Below are positions 16,347 through 24,192 of a DNA stretch of 32,000 nt, one piece after another. The notes beneath the pieces are model-generated. The model did no database searches. It was given only the letters and a program-made list of their open reading frames with translations, and was not told where the DNA came from. Source of the stretch: Rhodobacter capsulatus SB 1003 (GTDB taxonomy: Bacteria > Pseudomonadota > Alphaproteobacteria > Rhodobacterales > Rhodobacteraceae). A program made the position numbers and the translations under genes. Position 1 is the first letter of the stretch, and each line of letters begins with the position of its first letter. Location of the stretch: positions 600,001-632,000 of the forward strand of contig NC_014034.1 of NCBI RefSeq assembly GCF_000021865.1, in the 5' to 3' direction.

Positions 16347-18590
16347 TCAGCGGGCGAGCCCGGCGTAAAGGCGGGGCAGGCGTTCGGGCAGGCGCTCGAC
16401 GCGGTCGAGGATCTGGTAGCCGCGCGGCCCGAAGATCTGCGCCACATAGGCATCCGCCTCGGGATCAAGGCTGAGGCAGAAGGGCAGCACGCCCTGCCGC
16501 GCCAGCGCGGCCACCGCGGCGCGGGCGTCGTGACGCAGATGCGCGGGGGCGCGTTCGTCGATATCGGCGGGCGCCCCGTCGGTCAGCACCAACAGCAGCT
16601 TGCGCGCCGCGCGCTGCTGGCCCAGATGCCAGCCCGCATGCCGGATCGCGGCGCCCATCCGGGTGGAAAGCTGCCCCTCCATCCCCGCCAGCCGGGCCTT
16701 GGGGCCGGGCCCCCACACCTCGGCAAAGTCCTTGAAACGCTGATAAAACACATTGTGCCGCCCGTCCGAGCAAAAGCCGTGCAGCGCGAAAGGATCGCCG
16801 ACGCGGTGCACCGCCTCGGCCAGCAGCACGGTCGCTTCGCGGGTCAGATCCAGAAGCCGCCTGCCCCCGGGCCCCGCCGGATCATTGGTCGAGGCGGACA
16901 GATCGAGCAAGAGCAGCACCGCCACATCTCGCGTGACCTGACGTTGCCGCATCATCACCCGCGGGTCGGGCTGACGGCCCAGCCGCAGATCGACCGCCGC
17001 ACCGATCGCGGCGTTCAGATCCAGCTCGTCGCCGTCTTCCAGCCGCCGCACCCGCTGCACGCCCTGCGGCTGCAGCGCCTCCAGCACCCGGCGCATCCGC
17101 GCCAGAACCGGGCGGTGCGCCTGCAAGATCGCCTCGGTCAGGTCCGGATCACCGGGGCGGGGGCGCTTGTCATGCACCGTCACCCAGTCGGGCCGGTCGA
17201 ACCCGCTGCGGTGGTCGTATTCCGGATACCGGCGTGGCGGCGCGACGGGCGGGCGCCCCTCGCGCGCGTTGAAGCTGCTGCCGGCATCGTCAAACAGCTC
17301 GGTCGCGCAGACCAGGATTTCCTGCGCATCGTCCCCCGCGGTTTCGACCTCGACCTCGTTCACCAGCTCGGAAACCGAGACATGACGGCGGATCTGCGCG
17401 GGCGGTGCCACCCCGTCCGACCAGTCGCTTTCGTCGCCTTCCCACAGCGCGCGGTTGTCATCGCGATAGGGCAGGGCGGGCGTGGGCAGGCGCGGATCAA
17501 GCCGCGCGGCCAGCGCAAGGCCGATGCGCAGCGCGGCCATCTCGTCGGCAAGATCGGCCCCGGCCAGCGCCGCCCGGGCCCAAAGCGCGTTCGGGTCGGT
17601 TTCCGGCGTCGCGGGCAAAAGCAGCGCGCGGGCGATGCGGTCGAGCGGCCCGGTGCCGGTATGAAACCGCGCCCAAAGCGGGCCAAGCCCCGGAAAGCGG
17701 GCAATCGCCAGCGCCTCGGCCCTTGCATCCTCGATCAGCCCGATGCAGGCGCGCTGATGCAGGTTCAGCCCCTCCATCAACAGCGGCCCCCGCCGCGCCG
17801 CCAGATGGGCGGCGGCATGGGCGGCGGCGGCGCGGTAAAGATCAAGCCCCGTCGCGCCCTGCGTATCATCCCAGGCATCGGGCAGATGGATCACCCCGGC
17901 TTCCAGACAGGGCCGCAGCCCCTCGCGCGTCTCGAAATCGCCCGAGGTCGGGCGCATCGGAAAATCCCGCCCCCAAAGCGCACGCAGATAGGCGCCGATG
18001 CGGCGGTGGATATCGACGAACAGCACGCCCTTGCGTTCGCGTTGAAGCACAGCCTGCGCCTCGGCGCTTTCGAGCGCAAAATAGCGCGCCTGTTCGGGGT
18101 AATTCGTGCGGTGCATCTCGGCGCCCCACAGCGCCCAGCGGCGCAGACCGCCCAGCGTCAGCACGGCCAGAAGCCTGTCGAGCTGATCCAGCATCGGCCG
18201 CACCCCCCGCGGCGCCTGCGCCAGCAGCAGATCCAGAAACCCCAGATAGGCGCGGAACAGATCGGCATCGCCCAGCCGCCGCGCGGCGAGCGGCGCCGTC
18301 GCCAGAACCCGCGCGATCACCGCGCCCGAGGTGCGCGCGGCCATCGCCAGACAGGCGCGCAAAAGGTCCGGCAGAACGTCTTCCCCCAGATCGCGGGCGA
18401 CGGGCAGGGCCGCCTCGGCCCAGGCCTGCACCGCCTCGGCGCCCTTGCCGCTGCGGGAAAGCGCCGCCGCGCCCTCGTGCCAGACCGCGCGGCCCTGCGC
18501 CGAAAGCGCCCGCGCCGCCTCGGGGGCGAGGCGCGTCAGGGCGTCCTGCGCCGCATCGGGCAGGGGCTCGGGGGCAAGCGGGGCGGACAT
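16347..18590 (-). CDS. cbbO: RuBisCO activase adaptor subunit CbbO (von Willebrand factor A domain protein)
   Basis: 747 aa. C-terminal VWA domain with a MIDAS motif (LLLLDLSASTND...LTDG). It lies 8 bp downstream of cbbQ, with a GAGG RBS overlapping the cbbQ stop. Confidence 0.88.
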   Translation of the reverse strand: MSAPLAPEPLPDAAQDALTRLAPEAARALSAQGRAVWHEGAAALSRSGKGAEAVQAWAEAALPVARDLGEDVLPDLLRACLAMAARTSGAVIARVLATAPLAARRLGDADLFRAYLGFLDLLLAQAPRGVRPMLDQLDRLLAVLTLGGLRRWALWGAEMHRTNYPEQARYFALESAEAQAVLQRERKGVLFVDIHRRIGAYLRALWGRDFPMRPTSGDFETREGLRPCLEAGVIHLPDAWDDTQGATGLDLYRAAAAHAAAHLAARRGPLLMEGLNLHQRACIGLIEDARAEALAIARFPGLGPLWARFHTGTGPLDRIARALLLPATPETDPNALWARAALAGADLADEMAALRIGLALAARLDPRLPTPALPYRDDNRALWEGDESDWSDGVAPPAQIRRHVSVSELVNEVEVETAGDDAQEILVCATELFDDAGSSFNAREGRPPVAPPRRYPEYDHRSGFDRPDWVTVHDKRPRPGDPDLTEAILQAHRPVLARMRRVLEALQPQGVQRVRRLEDGDELDLNAAIGAAVDLRLGRQPDPRVMMRQRQVTRDVAVLLLLDLSASTNDPAGPGGRRLLDLTREATVLLAEAVHRVGDPFALHGFCSDGRHNVFYQRFKDFAEVWGPGPKARLAGMEGQLSTRMGAAIRHAGWHLGQQRAARKLLLVLTDGAPADIDERAPAHLRHDARAAVAALARQGVLPFCLSLDPEADAYVAQIFGPRGYQILDRVERLPERLPRLYAGLAR

Positions 18591-18598
18591 GGCGGGCC

Positions 18599-19402
18599 TC
18601 AGAAATAGGTGGTGACGGCGGCGTCAAGCGCGTCGCGCATGTCGGGATCGTCGGTGATCGGGCGCACCAGCGCCATCCGGCAGGCGGCCAGCGGCGCCAC
18701 GCCCTGGGCGATCAGCCCGCCCGCATGCACCAGCATCCGCGTCGAAATCCCCTCGTCAAGGCCGTGCCCCTTGAGGTTGCGCGCCCGTTCCGCGATCGCC
18801 ACCAGCTTTTGCGCCAAGGCCGGGTCGATGCCGGTTTCATGGGCGACGATCTCGACCTCGACGCCATGCTCGGGCCAGGTGAAATCGAGCGCGCCGAAGC
18901 GTTGCTTCGTCGATTGCTTGAGATCCTTCATCAGCGCCTGATAGCCGGGGTTATAGCTGATCACGAGCTGGAAATCCGGGTGGGCGCGCAGCAATTCGCC
19001 TTTCTTTTCAAGCGGCAGCACGCGGCGATTGTCGGTCAGCGGGTGGATGGCGATGGTCGTGTCCTGCCGCGCCTCGACCACTTCGTCCAGATAGCAAATC
19101 GCGCCATGCCGCGCGGCAAAGGTCAAGGGCCCGTCCTGCCAGCGCGTGCCCGTGGCATCCAGCAGGAAGCGCCCGACCAGATCCGAGGCGGTCATGTCCT
19201 CGTTGTAGGCGACGGTGACGAGCGGCTTGCCCAGCCGCCAGGCCATGTGCTCGACGAAACGGGTCTTGCCGCAGCCGGTCGGGCCCTTGAGCATCACCGG
19301 CATCCGCGCCGCATGGGCGGCCTCGAACAGCGCGATTTCATCGGCGACCGGGCGATACCAGGGCTCGGCCGGAATGCGGAAAGGCTGGGTGGGATCGGTC
19401 AT
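18599..19402 (-). CDS. cbbQ: RuBisCO activase AAA+ (MoxR-class) ATPase CbbQ
   Basis: Start chosen at [11 protein letters not shown] (ATG 19400-19402, GAGG upstream). Walker A GPTGCGKT, Walker B ICYLDEV. 267 aa, typical CbbQ/NirQ/NorQ length. Confidence 0.9.
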   Translation of the reverse strand: MTDPTQPFRIPAEPWYRPVADEIALFEAAHAARMPVMLKGPTGCGKTRFVEHMAWRLGKPLVTVAYNEDMTASDLVGRFLLDATGTRWQDGPLTFAARHGAICYLDEVVEARQDTTIAIHPLTDNRRVLPLEKKGELLRAHPDFQLVISYNPGYQALMKDLKQSTKQRFGALDFTWPEHGVEVEIVAHETGIDPALAQKLVAIAERARNLKGHGLDEGISTRMLVHAGGLIAQGVAPLAACRMALVRPITDDPDMRDALDAAVTTYF

Positions 19403-19501
19403 GACAGCCTCGTGGATGGGGAAAGGGGCCCGCCGCAAGGAAGGTCGCGGCGGGCCGTGAACCGCCGCCAGGAGGGGAGGGGCGGCGGGCAGGGTGTCGG
19501 C

Positions 19502-19858
19502 TCAGACGGCGGTGCCGCGATAGACGATCATGTTGGCGCCCTGGCTTTGGGTGAAATTGTCATAGCCGATCAGCCGGACATGATGGCCGGGGTTCGCTTC
19601 GTGACAGGCTTTCAGCTCGGCCAGGATCGCATCGACATCGGTTTCGCCGAACATCGGCAGTTTCCACATGTACCAATAGATCTGCGCGGCGAAGTCGGGT
19701 TCGGTATGTTCGATCCCCGGGTTCCAGCCGTTCTTCACGATCCACTCGACCTGACGACGGATCTCGGCCTCGCCCATCGGCGGCAGATAGGAAAAGGTGC
19801 CCATCTTGCGGCTTTCCGGGCGCGAGAGGCGGGAGGGGTAGTCCTGAACGGTGCTCAT
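19502..19858 (-). CDS. cbbS: RuBisCO form I small subunit
   Basis: 118 aa with the GTFSYLPP...[10 protein letters not shown]...[11 protein letters not shown]...VRLIGYDN family signature. Confidence 0.95.
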   Translation of the reverse strand: MSTVQDYPSRLSRPESRKMGTFSYLPPMGEAEIRRQVEWIVKNGWNPGIEHTEPDFAAQIYWYMWKLPMFGETDVDAILAELKACHEANPGHHVRLIGYDNFTQSQGANMIVYRGTAV

Positions 19859-19880
19859 CTGATGTCCTTTCGGGCCGGTC

Positions 19881-21302
19881 TCAGCGGTGCTGCACGTCGA
19901 GCTTGTCGACGGTGTCGAATTCGAACTTGATCTCTTTCCAGGTCTCCATCGCCATGCGCAGCTCGGGGCTCGATTGCGCGGCCTTGGTCAGGATCTCCTT
20001 GCCTTCCTTTTCCAGATGGCGGCCCTCGTTGCGGGCCTGCACGCAGGCCTCCAGCGCCACCCGGTTCGCACAGGCGCCCGCGGCATTGCCCCAGGGGTGG
20101 CCCAGCGTGCCGCCGCCGAATTGCAGCACCGAGTCATTGCCGAAGATCGAGACCAGCGCCGGCATGTGCCAGACATGGATGCCGCCCGAAGCCACCGGGA
20201 ACAGCCCCGGCTGCGGCCCCCAGTCCTGATCGAAAAAGATCCCCCGCGACCGGTCGGCCTTGATGAAGCGATCGCGCAGAAGGTTGATCCAGCCGATCGT
20301 CGCCTCGCGGTCGCCCTCGAGCTTGCCGACGACGGTGCCCGAATGCAGGTGATCGCCCCCCATCAGCCGCAGGATCTTCGCCAGCACCCGGAAGTTGATG
20401 CCGTGATTGGGGTTGCGGTCCATCACCGCATGCATGGCGCGGTGGACATGCAGCAGCATCCCGTTCTTGCGGCACCAGCGCGACAGGCTCGTATGCGCCG
20501 CCCAGCCGACGGTCAGATAATCCGACATGATGATCGGCGTGCCGATTTCCTTGGCGAATTCCGCGCGTTCGTAGATCTCCTCCATCGTCCCGGCGGTGAC
20601 GTTCATGTAATGGCCCTTGCGCTCGCCGGTTTCGGCCTCGGCCTTCTGGATCGCCTCCTGACAGAACAGGAAGCGGTCGCGCCAGCGCAGGAAAGGCTGG
20701 CTGTTGACGTTCTCGTCATCCTTGGTGAAATCCAGCCCGCCGCGCAGGCATTCATAGACCGCCCGGCCGTAGTTCTTGGCCGCAAGACCCAGTTTCGGCT
20801 TGATCGTGCAGCCCAGCAGCGGGCGGCCGTATTTGTCCAGAAGGTCGCGCTCGACCTTCATCCCGTGCGGCGCCCCGGGGCAGGTCATCACGAACCAGAG
20901 CGGAAACCGCACGTCTTCCAGCCGCAGCGCCCGCACCGCCTTGAAACCAAAGACGTTTCCGACGAGCGAGGTGAAGACGTTGACGACCGAGCCTTCCTCG
21001 AACAGGTCCATCGGATAGGCGATGAAGGCATAAAAGGCCTCGTCGCTGCCGGGGACATCCTCGATCGCATAGGCGCGGCCCTTGTAGTAATCGAGATCGG
21101 TCAGAAGGTCGGTCCAGACCGTCGTCCAGGTCGCGGTGGAGCTTTCGGCGGCGACGGCGGCGGCGGCTTCCTCGCGGCTGACGCCCGGCTGCGGCACCAC
21201 CTTGAAGACGGCCAGAATGTCGCTGTCCTTCACCTGATATTGCGGTTCCCAATAGATCGAGCGGTAGTCTTTGACACCGGCGTCATAGGTCTTGGCGGCC
21301 AT
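19881..21302 (-). CDS. cbbL: RuBisCO form I large subunit (green-type, form IA-like)
   Basis: 473 aa. Active-site segments [16 protein letters not shown] and KPKLGL are present. The gene context (cbbS, cbbQ, cbbO) is typical of form IAq. Confidence 0.97.
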   Translation of the reverse strand: MAAKTYDAGVKDYRSIYWEPQYQVKDSDILAVFKVVPQPGVSREEAAAAVAAESSTATWTTVWTDLLTDLDYYKGRAYAIEDVPGSDEAFYAFIAYPMDLFEEGSVVNVFTSLVGNVFGFKAVRALRLEDVRFPLWFVMTCPGAPHGMKVERDLLDKYGRPLLGCTIKPKLGLAAKNYGRAVYECLRGGLDFTKDDENVNSQPFLRWRDRFLFCQEAIQKAEAETGERKGHYMNVTAGTMEEIYERAEFAKEIGTPIIMSDYLTVGWAAHTSLSRWCRKNGMLLHVHRAMHAVMDRNPNHGINFRVLAKILRLMGGDHLHSGTVVGKLEGDREATIGWINLLRDRFIKADRSRGIFFDQDWGPQPGLFPVASGGIHVWHMPALVSIFGNDSVLQFGGGTLGHPWGNAAGACANRVALEACVQARNEGRHLEKEGKEILTKAAQSSPELRMAMETWKEIKFEFDTVDKLDVQHR

Positions 21303-21368
21303 GGTTCCCTCGTTGGTTGGCCCGTTTGGCGGGGCTTGCGGGGACTATGCGGCCTTGCGGGACTTTAC

Positions 21369-21384
21369 AAAACTGAATAGTTTT
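21369..21384. promoter_or_regulatory. Perfect dyad AAAACT-GAAT-AGTTTT in the cbbL-cbbR divergent spacer (candidate CbbR/LysR site)
   Basis: An AT-rich island in otherwise GC-rich DNA, sitting 28 bp upstream of the cbbR ATG and 67 bp upstream of the cbbL ATG. LysR-type operators are typically AT-rich dyads in divergent spacers. Confidence 0.5.
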
Positions 21385-21411
21385 TAGTGATGAAATAGGG
21401 AAAAGCTTATC

Positions 21412-22308
21412 ATGCGTTGCACGCTTCGCCAGTTGCAGGTCTTTGCCGCGGTGGCGCGGCACGCCAGCTACACCCGCGCCGCCGAGGAATTGCACCTGAC
21501 CCAGCCCGCGGTCTTCACCCAGGTCAAGCAGCTCGAAGACGCACTCGGCGCCGTGCTGCTTGACCGGATCGGCAAGCGGCTTTTCCTGACCGAGGCGGGG
21601 CAGGCGGTGCTGGCCACCGCGCGCGAGACGCTGGAGGGGATCGAGCGGCTGGAGATGCAGCTGGCCGATCTGCAGGGGCTGCGGCGAGGGCGGCTGCGGC
21701 TGGCCATCGTCTCCACCGCGCAATATTTCCTGCCGCGGCTTCTGGGCGCCTTTTGCACCGAAAACCCCGGGATCGAAGTGGCGCTGACCGTCACCAACCG
21801 GCAAACGGTGATCGCCCGTCTGGCCGCGAACGAGGATGACCTGTGCATTCTGGGCCAGCCGCCCGAGGGGCTGGATGTGGTGGCCCGCCCGATTGCGCGC
21901 AATGCGATCCTCGTGCTGGCGCCGCCGGGCCATCCGCTGGCGGGCGTGACCGCGGTGCCCTTTGCCGCGCTGGCCGAGGCGCCCTTCATTCTGCGCGAGC
22001 CCGGGTCCGGCACCCGGGCTGCGGCGGAAAAGTTCTTTGCCGAGAACGGCATCCGGCCGCAGGTGCGGATGGAGCTGGGCTCGAACGAGGCGATCAAGGC
22101 GGCGGTGGCGGCAGGGCTGGGCCTGGCGATCCTGTCGCAGGACACGATCACGCTGGAGGCCGAGACCGGGCGGCTTGCGGTGCTGGATGTGCAGGGCTTT
22201 CCGCTGCTGCGGGTCTGGAACGTCGCTTATCCGCGCGGCAAGCATCTGTCGGTGGCGGCCAGAGCCTTTCTGGCGCATCTGGCGGCGGGCAGCGCGGGCC
22301 CGAGCTGA
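21412..22308 (+). CDS. cbbR: LysR-family transcriptional regulator of the cbb operon
   Basis: 298 aa. N-terminal LysR HTH (LRQLQVFAAVARHASYTRAAEELHLTQPAVFTQVKQLE). Divergent from cbbLSQO. Confidence 0.9.
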   Translation: MRCTLRQLQVFAAVARHASYTRAAEELHLTQPAVFTQVKQLEDALGAVLLDRIGKRLFLTEAGQAVLATARETLEGIERLEMQLADLQGLRRGRLRLAIVSTAQYFLPRLLGAFCTENPGIEVALTVTNRQTVIARLAANEDDLCILGQPPEGLDVVARPIARNAILVLAPPGHPLAGVTAVPFAALAEAPFILREPGSGTRAAAEKFFAENGIRPQVRMELGSNEAIKAAVAAGLGLAILSQDTITLEAETGRLAVLDVQGFPLLRVWNVAYPRGKHLSVAARAFLAHLAAGSAGPS

Positions 22309-22499
22309 CGCGCCGCCTGGCCCGCTTGCGAAAACACCGGTTTCATGCTAGCCCCAAGCCACGGTCGGCAGTTCACCGAGGCGTCGCTGTCCCGCAAGGG
22401 AAGCTAAACCTGCCCGATTTCCCGTGACAGACCCGGCTTCCCGGGGCCTTGTCGCAAGTCAGCGACCAGCGATGGATCGACGGCCCCCGAGGAACGATC

Positions 22500-23051
22500 A
22501 TGCCGAGACAGTCCATTCCGCTTGCCATCGCGGATCTTTCGCAATTTTCCCGTGCCCTTGGCGCGCAGCTGGCCGTCCGCCCGGACAGGGCCCCCTCGCA
22601 TCTGAGCCTGCTGAACATGCTGGCGCGGGCGGCGGGGTTTCGCAACTTCCAGCACCTGCGCGCGGGCGCCGTGCCCGCGGCCGACCCCGCACCGCCGCCC
22701 GCGGCCGCGCCCGAACCGGTCGATCTGCGCCGCATCGCCAAGGTGGCGGGGTTATTCGATGCCGAGGGGCGGCTGAGCCGCTGGCCCTCGAAACGGGCGC
22801 AGCAGATCCTGTGCCTTTGGGGGCTGTGGGCGCGGCTGCCCGCGGCGACGCCGATGTCGGAACGCGAGATCGGCGAGCGGCTCAGGGCGCTGCATCTTTT
22901 TGGCGATCCGGCGATCCTGCGCCGCGATCTGGTCGATCTGGGGCTGTTCCGCCGCGATCCCGACGGGTCGAATTACCTGCGGCTGGAACAGGCCCCGCCC
23001 GCCGAGGCGCGGCTTCTGATCCGCGACCTGGCGCCGCGCAGCCGCCCTTAA
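22500..23051 (+). CDS. Hypothetical protein with C-terminal DUF2087-like domain
   Basis: ATG at 22500 with GAGGAA 5 nt upstream, giving 183 aa. The C-terminal part (RWPSKRAQQILCLWGLWARLP...MSEREIGERLRALHLFGDPAILRRDLVDLGLFRRDPDGSNY) fits my recollection of the DUF2087 pattern. The N-terminal ~60 aa and the Pro/Ala linker are uncharacterised. The track start at 22449 is a TTG. Confidence 0.6.
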   Translation: MPRQSIPLAIADLSQFSRALGAQLAVRPDRAPSHLSLLNMLARAAGFRNFQHLRAGAVPAADPAPPPAAAPEPVDLRRIAKVAGLFDAEGRLSRWPSKRAQQILCLWGLWARLPAATPMSEREIGERLRALHLFGDPAILRRDLVDLGLFRRDPDGSNYLRLEQAPPAEARLLIRDLAPRSRP

Positions 23052-23368
23052 CGGCCGTAAAACCGCCGCCGCGCCTCGGCCTCGATGTCGAGGCGCAGCT
23101 GCAGATCGGCCAGAACCCTGGCCTCGCGGCGGCGGTCCTCTTCGGTCGGGGCCGCGCGCAGCTTTTCGGTCTGCGCCTCGACCGCCTTGCGCAGCTCGAT
23201 CTCGCGCGGCAGCGCCCCCGCCTCGGCCATGATGCGAAAGCCGATGGCATCGGAGCTGCCCGCATTGTCTCCCATGTTCAGGGGCTTGCCCGCGCCGCGC
23301 AGGTTTTCGAACTGCCCCTCGGCCTGCGCCTTCAGGATCTGCCGTTCCGCCATGTCGGAAAATTTCAT
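23048..23368 (-). CDS. DUF1992-like (DnaJ-C28-related) small protein
   Basis: 106 aa: MKFSDMAERQILKAQAEGQFENLRGAGKPL... Its ATG overlaps the TetR stop (ATGA at 23365-23368). Only the C-terminal third of track ORF 23048-23989 is accepted. Confidence 0.6.
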   Translation of the reverse strand: MKFSDMAERQILKAQAEGQFENLRGAGKPLNMGDNAGSSDAIGFRIMAEAGALPREIELRKAVEAQTEKLRAAPTEEDRRREARVLADLQLRLDIEAEARRRFYGR

Positions 23369-23982
23369 CCCTGGACTCCTTGCGGACGGGCGATCAGCCC
23401 GCGTTCGATTTCGGTGAAAACCGGCCAGAACAGCGCCAGCCCCGCCGGGCCGCGCGGGCCGAAGGCGGTCAGCGCCCCGGTGATCATCAGCGCCGCCGGA
23501 AGCGGGTCCAGATCGGCGCGAAAGACGCCCTGCGCCCGGCCAAGGCCGAGAATCTCGGTGTAACGGCCGCACCAGCCGCGGGTGAACTCCGCGATCAGCG
23601 CGCCGATCTCGGGCTCTGACGGGGCGATCTGCGCCAGCTGCGCGAAACAGGCGGCCAGTTCGGGACGGTCGCGCAGGCTGTCGTGATAGGCCTGCACCTC
23701 GGCGCGCAGCTGATCCCGCGCCGGTCGGGCGGGGTCGGGCGCGGGCGGCAAAAGCGCGCAAAAGGCCGCGCGCGTCGTTTCGGCCACCAGCCGCAACAAC
23801 CCGGATTTGGTGGCGACATGAAAGTGCAACGTCGAGATGTTGATGCCGACGCGGGCCGCCACATCGCGGGTGCGCAGCGCCGCCGCCCCCTTTTCCAGGA
23901 TCAGAGCTTGTGCCGCCGCGGCGATCATCTCGCGTCGCCTGTCCTGACGCAGATAGGGCTGGAGAGGGGTCTGTTCGGTCAT
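23365..23982 (-). CDS. TetR/AcrR-family transcriptional regulator
   Basis: 205 aa. N-terminal TetR HTH (RRREMIAAAAQALILEKGAAALRTRDVAARVGINISTLHFHVATKSGLL). Divergent from anfA. Confidence 0.85.
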   Translation of the reverse strand: MTEQTPLQPYLRQDRRREMIAAAAQALILEKGAAALRTRDVAARVGINISTLHFHVATKSGLLRLVAETTRAAFCALLPPAPDPARPARDQLRAEVQAYHDSLRDRPELAACFAQLAQIAPSEPEIGALIAEFTRGWCGRYTEILGLGRAQGVFRADLDPLPAALMITGALTAFGPRGPAGLALFWPVFTEIERGLIARPQGVQG

Positions 23983-23985
23983 GAC

Positions 23986-24001
23986 TCAATCATATGATTG
24001 A
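23986..24001. promoter_or_regulatory. 16-bp perfect palindrome TCAATCAT|ATGATTGA, candidate TetR operator
   Basis: It begins 4 bp upstream of the TetR start codon. It is an AT-rich perfect dyad of typical TetR-operator size. Confidence 0.55.
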
Positions 24002-24062
24002 TTTCGGCAAAAGGCAACCCCGCGCCGGACCATTCCCAAAGCGCCTTCGAGCGGGGCAGGCT

Positions 24063-24109
24063 TGCCCGAATAACGGGCAGGCGCGGGGTTCTTGCCTGCA
24101 TCCGCGCAC
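24063..24109. promoter_or_regulatory. Tandem GGGCAGGC-containing dyads upstream of anfA (candidate NtrC enhancer sites)
   Basis: GGGCA-GGCT-TGCCC lies at 24063-24076 and GCAGGC-N11-GCCTGC at 24087-24109. The octamer GGGCAGGC recurs 22 bp apart (24063 and 24085). The sites lie 85-130 bp upstream of the anfA ATG. Confidence 0.4.
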
Positions 24110-24158
24110 AGAGGCGGGCGCCGCCCTTGGATCGGTGTCCTTGTGCGGCGCAGCCTGT

Positions 24159-24183
24159 CGTTATATGGAATCACTATATAACG
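24159..24183. promoter_or_regulatory. Mo-box (MopA/MopB operator) upstream of anfA
   Basis: CGTTATAT-GGAATCACT-ATATAACG has perfect 8-bp inverted arms. It ends 9 bp before the anfA ATG and abuts the GGAG RBS (24183-24186). Confidence 0.85.
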
Positions 24184-24192
24184 GAGTCGGTC

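Noticed and set aside
16299-19930. 769-aa and 841-aa plus-strand ORFs (16299-18608, 17405-19930), and 253-aa and other minus-strand alternative-frame ORFs
   Set aside because: They overlap cbbO, cbbQ and cbbS, which carry clear VWA/MIDAS, AAA+ and RbcS signatures. The translations are Arg/Pro/Gly-rich and of low complexity.
22318-22329. TGGCCCGCTTGC downstream of cbbR as a possible sigma54 promoter for the DUF2087 gene
   Set aside because: Only 2 nt separate the TGGCCC and TTGC blocks, so the GG-to-GC spacing is 3 nt too short.
23048-23989. 313-aa minus-strand ORF treated as one gene
   Set aside because: Its N-terminal two thirds overlap the TetR reading frame (23365-23982), which has a clear TetR HTH. 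Only the C-terminal 106 aa, starting at the ATG of the ATGA overlap, look real.
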